Shown: in pieces, positions 49,101 to 61,100 of the stretch
Layout: the number at the start of each line of letters is the position of its first letter
Numbering within the stretch: the stretch's first letter is position 1
From: Schmidtea polychroa
Lineage: Eukaryota
Reading direction: 5' to 3'
Length of the DNA stretch: 64,000 nucleotides
Assembly: GCA_044892525.1 (NCBI GenBank)
Contig: CM097887.1
Location: 34,224,001-34,288,000 of the forward strand
Program-made: the position numbers and the translations under genes
The notes under the pieces: generated by a model
What the model saw: only the letters and a program-made list of their open reading frames with translations
Databases searched by the model: none
Told to the model about the DNA's origin: nothing

Positions 49101-52100
49101 CAAATCAATAATATCTACGAGGTTTACATTTACTCTTCCTTTCCATTCTTTAAAAGAAAAACCTTTCCAGAAATTAATAGCATCGGTATGCCAATATGTG
49201 ATCCATATTCTGTTGAGTGAAAACGATTGCGTGAGAGAGAAAGCGGGTGCAGTTCTGCAACAGTTGTCGAGAATCACCGGTAGAAACCTCAACACTCTGT
49301 TACAGCCACATTTACATGTCGTTTCTGACATTTTACCACCGACCCCGGCGGTTTTTAAGGCCTATCCAATGTCGAAACAAATTGCGATTTTAGTATATTT
49401 TCTTTCAATGATAATATTCGATACATACCAATTGCTTTCCTGCAGGAGACGAATTATCTATTTGGGAACCATGTAAACTGTGGCAATTGTGTTCACTACG
49501 ATATCGATATAGATAACCATGAGAAATTTATCAACGAAATAAGAAATATTCTCGAAACGAGCACTGGTACAGATGAGGAAATAAATGCTCCGATTATTGG
49601 GGGAACTCCTATGACAACTAGTGCTCAAACTGCGTCTGGATCGATGTCGAGTTCCAATATAAATCGAACTACTCATTCTTGTAATAATACCAATCAACAA
49701 CAGTGTACAGTTCGACAGGCCTGTGCATATACTGATATGAGTACCGCGGTGGCGCTTAAAGTCGCTGCTTGTAAGCTTTTGTCAACTTTATGGTATTTAG
49801 ATTCGGAAAAGGATAAAAACTTTCAAGCGCTATTCAAAGGTTTGATTATTTGTATTTTCTTTATAATTATACTTGTTAGACGCGATTAAAAATTCAAATT
49901 TTCTTCAAATATTTATTTATTATTTACAAATTAAACTTCTAATTTTTTTCTGAAAATTTAAACAACTGAAGCGTGGTTGATTATTAATATTAATGCAAAT
50001 ATTGATCACAAATATAATTGCTTTTATTTAAAATATTTGAATATAATTTAATATATGATAACTTAATATAAATTTTATTATTTAATTATTAATATTGATG
50101 CAAATATTGATCACAAATATAATTACTTTTATTTAAAATATTTGAATATAATTTAATATAATATGATATGTTAATGTAAATTGTAATATACAAATTTAAC
50201 GCAAATAGTTATTTCAAATAATTGATTACACTTGTAACATTAAACCTATTTTTTTTTGGAACTCCTCACAATACTTTCAATATGAAATTGAATAATTAAT
50301 TTACCACTATTTTTAGCAGAATTTCCTTAATTAAGTATCATTTCTGCAATTTCACTAAAAATTCCTATAATATTAATAAATTTACCTAAAAACTTATTTC
50401 CCTCTAATACTAGTAAATACTTCAAAGTTTATAAATTTTCCATTAATGTAGTATTATTTCTCTAACCCTTCGAAAAATTAACCAAAAATCGATAAATTTC
50501 CTGATATAAATTCCTCTAAAATTTAGTTATTCATTAATTTATCTAAAATTTCACTAAAAATTCCTCTAAAATTGTCAAATTTTCCCAATTTACGAAAATT
50601 TTACTAAAATTGATAATGTTTCTCTAATAATGTTAAAATACCTCTAAAACTTCTTTATTAATGTAGTATTTCTCCAAACCTTTGAAAAGTTAACCAAAAA
50701 TTGATAAATTTACCCAAATTTTAGTAAAATTTTGATTTACCAAAAACATTCCTCTAAAATAGATAAACTTCACCTCAAATTAGTATCATAATTCCAATTT
50801 TTACCAAAATTGATTAATCTAGCTAAATTTTAATAAAACTTCACCAAAAAATGATAAATTTTCACAAATTCTTCTAAAATTTCCATTAGTGTAATTTCTT
50901 CAAATTTTCGAAAAATTCACCAAAATCTTTCATTTTAATTTTATTAAAAATTCTGAAAAATTTACAAATTTCCTCAATTTTAATAAAAATTAATAATTTT
51001 ACATTTCTGTAAATCTTGTACAAAAATAATAAATTTTCGCTAATAGCAAAAATTCATCAAAAATTGACAAATTTCCTATTTATCTAAAAATTTTATAATT
51101 TCCCCCAATTTTACTGAAAATTCACACTAAATTGATAAAATTTCCCATTTACAGTCAAATTATCCAAACTCTATAGCCCAAATTCCAAAATTCTTCACAA
51201 AACTCCAATTATAACAAACAACCAGCATATTTTTATTATCATTTATATTATGCCAATAAACATTATTATTAATCAATAAATATTTAATAAATAAAATTTT
51301 TTAAATTGTAAGGTACATAAATTCGGCGACGGTCAGGAATCCGGATTATTTTAATTAATTTAAAATCAATATTTAAACTAAAAAAATTCTTAACATAATT
51401 AGCCTACTTATGAACATTTTACATTACACTCATATATATTATTATAAAGAAAGAAAGACTTGAGCTTTTACACGAAGCGTACGGGCGTGTGGGGTATGCG
51501 GGTGTTGAATGTACGTGTCCAGTATACCGGAGCAGTACCCTTGGGGGGTCAAAATATATTGTCGGATAAACCGTACTATATATAAAATAATAATATTAAA
51601 ATATTTAAATGGTTATTATTTTATTATTAATTAAATATTGATTTTAAATTAATTAAAATAATCCGGATTCCTGACCGTCGCCATAAATTCTTGCTAAACA
51701 ATTATTTACTCTGAAAGTATTGACATAATTTATTGCATCTCATATTCATGACATAGGCAACAAACTAGAAAATCACCTAGAAAAAGAACTTATTATCTAA
51801 TCTTATTTCACAATAACAATTTTATTATTTATGTAAAGCAATGTGCTCTAAAGATGTCGAAGTCCATGAAACAGCTTTCAAATGCTTACAAGAATTTTTA
51901 AGCCACACTAATGTCAGTCTTGAATTACGAAATGCGAATCTTAAACCTTTGTTGACCACATTCCGTGAAAATTACACTCTGGCAACAAATCGACAATTGT
52001 ACTTTTGTGCTCGATTGTTCCATGCTAGTTTTAGTGAGCGCATGTGCGAAAGTCTTCTAGTTGTATGAGTTTATTTTCACGTAAAATATTTTATTAAATT

Positions 52101-55100
52101 TCTTCAGACAAAAGTAAAACCAGTGTTAGATATTCTTTACGAAAAGTTTGATAAAAATGGATTTATCGACACAGAAAATGATGAAGTTTACATTTCCCCC
52201 TTCTTTCTCTATAATCTGTATTAATGTTTCAGAAGTTCTTATTGTTGATCAAAACTGTCGAATTATTTCATGTTCTTCATGCTGCTTCCAATAAATATGT
52301 ACAACCGTTAACAGAATTAGTTTTGAAAGTAGAACAGAAAATATTCTGCTATTCCACCAGTCAATTGAGGAAGCCATTGATTTTGTATTTATCAAAATGT
52401 CCAACAGAAACTGTGAAATTATTTTTACAAACTGCCAACTTTTTCGATGACTTTTATGCCAATAATTTTTTTATTGTAAGATCTGTTTGAATCACTAACC
52501 TGGGTTACTATTTTGCGCTATAGGAATGTCTAGATCTGAAAGAGGCTAAACCGATACGTGATTATTTACAGAATCAAACTGAGTTATTGATAGATTTGCT
52601 TAATAAAAAGTCGAGTGATGATCCTCCTGTAAATAGCAGAGAATATTTCGATGATATTCCAAATAATTCAACAAGTGATTTCGATAGTTAGTTAATAAAA
52701 AATTATGCCGAATAAATTGACAGGCTTTAATGTACATCATTTTGCATTAAAAATCATCCACAAACTCGCTAAATGGAATCCTACTTGGTGGTTGAATTCT
52801 AAAAGACTTTCTGAGGCTTTAAATAAATATTGGTGTTCATTTGAATTTCAAAATCGCTTAATGAGGTTCGATAAAATACATTACAGTCATTGGACAGATA
52901 TAGAAACGATTCTAAACTTACTACTTTGTTTGATTGAGTAAGAATTTTATTATTTATTTTTATTATTATTTTTTTATTTTTTATTATCATTGTTTTTATT
53001 TATTAATTTCATGACCGGATAAAATTTCGGTTGAAAAAATTTAAAATAATTTTTAAAATTTTTTATATATTTTTTATTTTTCATTCCACCTTATAATTTT
53101 TGGCTATTATTCTGCCATTAAGAAATTAAAATATTTACAAAATTTTACTCAATTTACAACTTTGTTTGATTGATTAAGAATTTTATTATTTTTAATGTTT
53201 TATTTAATATTATTATTTTTATTATCATTGTTTTTATTAATTTTTATTATTTTTAAAAAAATATTTTTATTGTTTTCATGGCCCGACAAAATGTCGGTTG
53301 AAAAAAACTTAATATACAGTAGAACTTCGATTATCCAGACCAATTGGGGATGGGGATAGTTCGGATTAGGAATAATCCGGATAATCGAAACGCTCATAAT
53401 TGACAATAAAAGACATGTGTATATAATATCAAATTTTATATTTGTCTAGATATACATATAGTTTCAATATTAGATTATTTTTTATTAATAAATTCAAAGA
53501 TTGATTTTGCCAAAAACTAGCTGCTCTTTTTGAAGCTGCTAAATCGCGAATACTTTTAAGACATATAAATTGGGCTTTGATACACTCCTCTTGGTACTCA
53601 AACCACTTCATCGCGATGTCTAAACATCGAAAAGCTTTAATAATATTCATAAGATGTTTGTGTAACAATGAATATTGGATCACCACGGAATATTCAGTTA
53701 GATTAGTACTGCTGAAATGACGGAATTTAACAGAAATCGTTTATAAATAGTTGGAACTATGTTTTATTATTGCGTAAAATATACTATAAAGTATACGAAA
53801 TTATGCCGAATGAGGCATTTTCGGCACAAAAAACAATCCGGATAATCGAGATTATAGTTTATATATTTTATTTTTCATTGGTTATTCCACCTTATAATTT
53901 TTTCGCTGCCACACTGCCATTAAGAAATTAAAATATTTACAAAATCTTTTAAGAATATTTACATTTTCCATTAACCAAAAAAATTTTGTAATTAGATAAT
54001 AACTTTATTGATCTATCTTCATCTAATTAAAAAGGTCAATTTTCCTAATTTTAACCAATTAACTACCAGAAATTTGTCGTATATGTTAAATATTTTTGTT
54101 TAATGCACTTTACAGGCCAGAAAACTGTCAAACGAAAAATATATTAGAAGATGAAGTGTTTATTTTCACCGAATATTGATTTTGTTGTATAAAATTAAAT
54201 TTTAAATATTAAAAAAAATAAAACATTCAAATACCCGTTTGGAAATCAGGAAAGCTATCGGGTTAATGATTGATTTTTATAATGTGAGTAACTGGATGTC
54301 AAAAATAACAATAGAAACATTTGAAAGCAAAATTTAGCGACCATTTCATTTAAGTTCAATTTTGATGAAAAGTCAGGAATGTCTTCAACTTCAATTTAAA
54401 CTTAATTATCAACAGGTTTCCATATCAAAAACTTATTTACTCTTATGAAAACCTACAAAACAACTGAACAAATACACAATAAAAATTGGATTTATTTAAG
54501 ACTTTATCTTTTACTGACAAATTATAAGTAAAATATTAAGTATTTTTAATTTCAATTGACATTTTATATACATATTCCTCTTTGTGTCCGATATTTGAAG
54601 CAACTGTTTGAGAAATTAAATTAAATTTAATAATAAAACTATATCATTTCTATATACATAATTTCTTCTATTTAGTCATTACCCAGATGCCTACGAGTTC
54701 TTGTTTTCAGTAGCTAGGTCTTTCAAAATGCGAGCTCTTGGCAGTCTTCATAAATTACGACAATTTCTTACTGATCTATTTGTCAAAAGAAATTATATTT
54801 GGAAACAGAATCTATTTCGATATTATATCACTCAAGCACACAACAGAGTTTATACACCCGATATTCTCTATATAATCTTTGCCAATATAATATTACCTGC
54901 ACTTTGTGTGGCCCTGGAAACAATTACTCAACCATCTGAAAAGATTGAATTATTTGGAGGGCCACCCAAACCCAATGAAGATGCTGGTAAATTTTTCCTT
55001 TGCTTTTTTAAAATTTCATATTTTTTCCACTTAAAATAAAAACTCACAGATGATATTGTTGCTTTGTTTTTAAACAAATTGATTGACAACCAAGATTGTG

Positions 55101-58100
55101 GTGATGGAGGGCTTAGAGTTGCATATTGTCAGTTTTGCATATTAATTCTCGAATATGCCCCAAATTATATCCATGAAATCTCTAATAAAAAGCAGGGTCA
55201 TAAAGCTAGAATTATTCTCACGTTTGCTTGGCCGAGCGTCACAAACCAACCGCAATTTACGGATTTATTAGAGAAATATGTCGGATTGCAAACGATCGCG
55301 TATTTGATAAGCAAATTTAATATCAATAGAAAGATTATAGTCCGAGTGTTTACTTGCCTCGCGAAAGGAAATTGTGTGGAACCGAAGAAAGTGATCAATG
55401 CTGCCCTTGGTGTTTTAGTTCCAGCATGGTTACAAAGGAAAGATGATTTGGTAAAAACACTTTTCCCTGAATAAAAGTTAATCACAAGTAATTGGATTTA
55501 GAATTTTTTGGTTTTACACACGAAAAAAGTATCGATGGATGATGTGACTTCTCAGTCACAATTGCATATTGGGTATTAATTATTATTATTAGTGAGTGAA
55601 AATGAAATAAAATATTAGAAACCTTATCGTGCGCCATTCTGATATCTATTACCAAGCCAAAATGCATATTCTTCCTTTAATGCAATATTTTATTTCTAGG
55701 CTTAGTAACCAAAATGTAAGACAAAAATCTCTTAAATATACTCAATAATTAATATATTAGTTTCAACCTGAACAAAGGCGTTGTTTATTGGATATGATCG
55801 AGTTGATTATAAGATGGGATATTAGGACAAAGGAAGAAGCACTGACTGGACTCTCGGTATTTATATATTTTCTCCGATAGGTTTAAGGGTTTATTTCCTA
55901 AGGTGATTGGGCAAGATAAATCTATTAGTGATCAACAGAAAGAATCATTAGCTAATTTAATAGTTCGTTTAATGGTTCAAGTTAGTTAAAAAATAATTAA
56001 TTAAACCAAATAAGAAAAATTAAGATTTTGGATCAAAGTCAAACAAATTCCGCCAATGTTGATGCATCGTGTAGAAGGGCACTGTTTCTATTGGAAACAG
56101 CTTTTCATCCTTTAGTTTGGGGCCCTATCAATTTAAACATCGAAGCAATTTCTCGGTATTTCAAAATCGAGTTAAATGTTACAAATACGGTGCTAAATCC
56201 ACAAATCAATACACAATTCAATAATATGGTGATGTGTTTGGATTTCTTAACCACATTTTTTAAATTAATGGTAACGGTTTTTTGTTTTATGTTTTCCACT
56301 ATGAATTTATATCGAAACTCTAGGATAGCAACAATATCTTACAAAACATGAAATCTTTTTCGAAACCTTTGTGTGATATTTTAAACAACCAAAAAGTTGC
56401 ACAGAGTCGATTTATTAAGTTTTTTGGCATGGCTTTGAAAGCGATTCTGTTGCGATTTCCCGCGGAGCCGTCGAATAAACAGAAAATTACACAAAATGTC
56501 GAATTATTAGATTTATATAATACTGTGCTGAAATTTATCCAGGAAGCCTTTAGTTGCTATGAGCAAAAGTTCGATGGGAAATTTCTAAGAGTTTTGTATT
56601 TTATTAGGTATTTAGACCTTCATCGCCGAACTCCAACCGAGTACAATCCGCTCTCTATTTGCTCAATATGACTCAGCAGGCTAAGCAAAATACGTATGCT
56701 TTTGTTGATAGATGCTTGATGCATTTGGTAAATATGGCCCATAAATTGGTATCGGAAATTATAAAAACCAACAGTCAAAGCGGTAAGTGTCGGTCTTTAT
56801 TAGTTGTTGGATAATCATATTAGCAACTGTATCTAATTCATAATATTAGACACATCACAAAACTTTAAATAAAACTCTGTATTATTAACTATTAGTTAAT
56901 ATATCATCTATAATGTTATAATACGCGGTTTCCAAAATTATCAAATTTCCTCTCAGTAAAATCTGCAACATTGATCTTTTTTCTTTAACTTCATTTATCA
57001 ATATTTCGTTTTATATCTAACGTCAATTTCCAGTACTGTCTTGACAAATCTGTAGTTTATAATTTTACACATTTAGTGGCTGAATTTTTACGTTTCTTGA
57101 TGTAGCGCAATTAAGCTGATTTTTAAACAAATTACTTATTTACTACAAAATTGCCACATTCAAATAACTGAAGCATTTATAATTTTGATATTAATGCAAA
57201 TATTGACTAAAAATATTTTTAATTGATTTTAATATATAACATTTATTTAAATTGCTATTTTAATTAATTAAACATAATTTGAACATTTAATTAGTTTTAA
57301 TTTAAAATGAGCTTAGAAATTCCTTATAACTTTATATTCATCCATGGTCTTTGGGTTTATTAAGTGAATAACAATTAATGAAATGATTCGGAATATGTTC
57401 TTTTCATTCAATACAACTTTTCCCCACGATTGGTTTTGTGTGGTTCATAAAATTGAATCCGATTTTGCTATCCTGATAAAATCGAATAAATAACTTACGT
57501 ATTCTGTAGTTAATAGAACTTATTAAATCGAATTTTTTTTAAATGACATGATAATTATTGCACTGGAATCCATAATTCTTTTCTGTTTCTATATCAAAAA
57601 TCTTCAGTTTTACCAAAAAAATTGATATTTCTCATCTTAATTTTTCATGCCTCAATTCCTAGTGGTGTAGAGTAAATTGAAAGTATTATTAGCACTACTT
57701 TGTTTTTTCGGGCCAAAATATGAAAAATTGACGAGACAGTCATTAAAATATTTACTTTTAATTCTTTAGAGATGGGAATGATTAAATTTTGATTCGGTTG
57801 TTATGAGTTCAATAAAATTAATTCAATAATGAAATCAAGTTTTTAATCAAATATAGATGTGTCTGAAATTCGAAATGTTTCAAGATCAGTTCTTATTTCT
57901 TTATGAAAACAATATTGATGTGTGATTGTTCCATCTATCCGAAAAAGGGAATTTCTAATTTATTGATACAATCATTTTTAGTAGTCGAGAGGTTAGATTA
58001 ACGAAAAGTAAAAACGTATAATTTAAGCTACAGTGGAAATCAAAGAAAATTCAACTTGTTTCTATTTTATTGGTGAGGTTATATTCCATTTACTTACAAG

Positions 58101-61100
58101 CTTCAAGATTCGAAACTTAATTAATTCGCAATTTTCTGTCTTCAAATTGAAGTTAATTATCGAAATTGCCAAAATTTATGGTTCAATACACCCAAAAAAT
58201 TAATTAGTGACAACAACTTCTCTTCATTTTACTGTTCTACACTTTGGTTTCTACTGTCTACATAGGAGTATCCTTACCCAAGATGTCCAACTGGCAACGC
58301 GTAATATCGAAAACAGTTAATAATCTGTTTATTTGAATGTAGGAAATTTAATGTAGGATTATGAATTCTTTTGAGACTTTCTAATACGACTATTGAATAA
58401 CTTTAGATATAATCCAAATAAATAATTTTGACCTACAATAGTTCCTAATCCAAATTTAATAAATCTTTCTTTCTCTGGTTCCTTTTTCGTTGAAATTTTC
58501 TGCAATCTTCTTTTTGTGGATAAAGAAAGACTCAGCCAGAGAGGAAACAAGCAATGAAAGATTTATTCAATTTTGATCAGGACCTATTTTCGGTTGAAAT
58601 ATTTCATTTTATGAATAAATACTGCAGATTATGGCTTACATCGTTATTTATTTGAATTATATTTTAATAAATAATTCTGTTATTGATAAATTGATCCTAA
58701 AGTTTATTTAAATAATGTATTGTTGATCAATAACTTTTATAAAAATAAAGTTTTGATATTTAAACAAAACCCTATTTTCATATGGGTTAATATAAGTGTT
58801 TTAACTTTTTTATGTCCTTATAGAAGAGGTGGAACAATTGATTGGAGCCATAGAAATTATTAAATCTCGATTCAACGTGCTTGGTGCTGACATGCGTCGA
58901 ACTAAAGTGATTCGCATTTTTGTTGACGCCATAATTGTTGTAAAAGACGCTAAATTATTGAAAGTAGTAATGATGGCTTTAAAAAATTGGATGAAATTGC
59001 CTAAACAAGAGGAGCACTTTGCTCCTGGAATTCGAGAAAAATCCGAACTTCTTGTAAAGCTATGGGGGAAATATCACACATGGTCTGATAATGCAGACAT
59101 TCAAAGGGAAATTCTCAGTGTTTTGTTATTGGTTTTTGAAAATGAACAATTACAAATTGATGATACTAATAATACATTCCAAACCGCATTCTGCACAGGA
59201 ATGGTTAGTCAATGGACTGATGTTAGGGAAAAGTATCTGGAATTTTACCTCGAACCAATACGACGAATAAATCTATTAGAACGATTTCTATTTTTAATTT
59301 CTGCAAATGAATGGGATTCCAGATATTTTAAACTTGTAAATTGGATTCCCACATTTCTTGAAGTTCTTCTACTTGATATCAAAACCGATGACAATTTCAC
59401 AATAAATTTCAAATCATTTATGCCGAAAATCAATTGCAAAGAAGAGGACCTAGAACAACCAATGGACATTACATCAAGCTCTAATTTATCAATTTTTAAC
59501 GGAATTTTTGCAAACATGTCCTTTAAAAATGATGAGACATCTCATCATCCTTTACTGGAATTGAAATGTGGAAATTTGGTCGACCGAGTGTTCAAAAATT
59601 CCATATATGATTATTTCACAGATCAATATTCGAAAAACAACCCATCGAAATTGTCGGTGAATATTCAAAACATTTTATATCAGCATAATGAAACATGGAA
59701 CAAAGTTAAGAAAGTAATTTTGTAACTGAAAGAAATCTTTTTAAAATACCACAGGTTACCGTTGGTGATGTATTATCAAGTGTATTGCTAATGAGTTATA
59801 ATTCCCATCAATTATCGAGTTCTGTATTTCAATGCATTTTCCCTCAGTTATGGAATCTGATTATAAATCGTTATCCGGACATGTGGCCAATAGTAAAACA
59901 GGAAATGGTCCATTTTCTATCTAACCCCAGTCATAATCAACACATAGGACAGTCTACTCCAAATCCGATGACGTGTTTTTTGGAAACAGTCTCAAAACTG
60001 CCAAATTTCTTTAAATGGTTTCACGATTCAACATTTGTCGTGAGTGTTGATTTTATATCTTTTTTTTGTTATTCGCAAATTTAGTTTCTTGCATCATCAC
60101 ACAATTTGTGGTTCTTAGGTATTATGGTAATGGAAGATTGCCTTTATCGATTTAGTCAACCGGACAAGTATATTTATACTGGAATGCACAATGCTTTGAA
60201 TTTCGATGGAATTGAATCGAATGGAATCATTTATAAACCCGATTTCTTTCTCAGCTTGAATTGTCTCTATGAGTTATTAGAAGAGGAAGATTATCAATTT
60301 GGTCTGTGGAGTGAAAAATGTGCACTACTGACTACAGAAATGCAACAAAGCATGGCATTTGCACAGCAGGGTCAATATGATAAAGCTTTGAAAATCAGTG
60401 TTGAAGTTGGTTTCTTGTAGAAATTGGCATTGGTTTAATAAGTTTTAGGCGGGTAGTCAGTCTTTGAATTCAAGTGTCGAATATCAAGATATCGTAATGA
60501 GACAAAAATTTTATGATTTTAATTATCGGTATGTGCTTTAATATGGAGTGGGCTTTATTGATTTTCAATAGCTATTTGAAAAAAATAAGTCAATGGGATT
60601 CTCTGGATAAATTTTTAAATGGTGAAAATATAAACTATCTAATTAAAGCAGAATCGCTCTGGAGAAAAGGCCAATGGAAGGATATTATCCAAAATCATAA
60701 ATTGGTAAAAATATTTCAAGAATAATAATAAATTATAAAATATTAATTAATAAATATAAAAAATTTGTTCAAAAAATACTAATTAAAAAGTTTTAAAATT
60801 AAAAAAAAGTTTTAAAAAGTTTTAATTAAAAATCATTAAAATAAAATAATATTAATTAGAAATATAATAGAATAATAAAATAATAGAATAATAAAATAAT
60901 AAAAAATTGAATAATAAAAGAATTCATTAAAAATTGTATTAATAAAAATATAATGATAATTAAAAAATTTGTAAAAATCATTAAAATAATATTAATAAAA
61001 TAAAGTTCTGAAAATAAATGATACTTGGAATAATAATTATAATAATATTATTAATATATATTAATATATACTAATAACAATATATATATATATATATACT

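Noticed and set aside
58359-58550. Possible Merlin/ISXO2 transposase fragment
   Set aside because: Only loose resemblance across two frames; no ends found.
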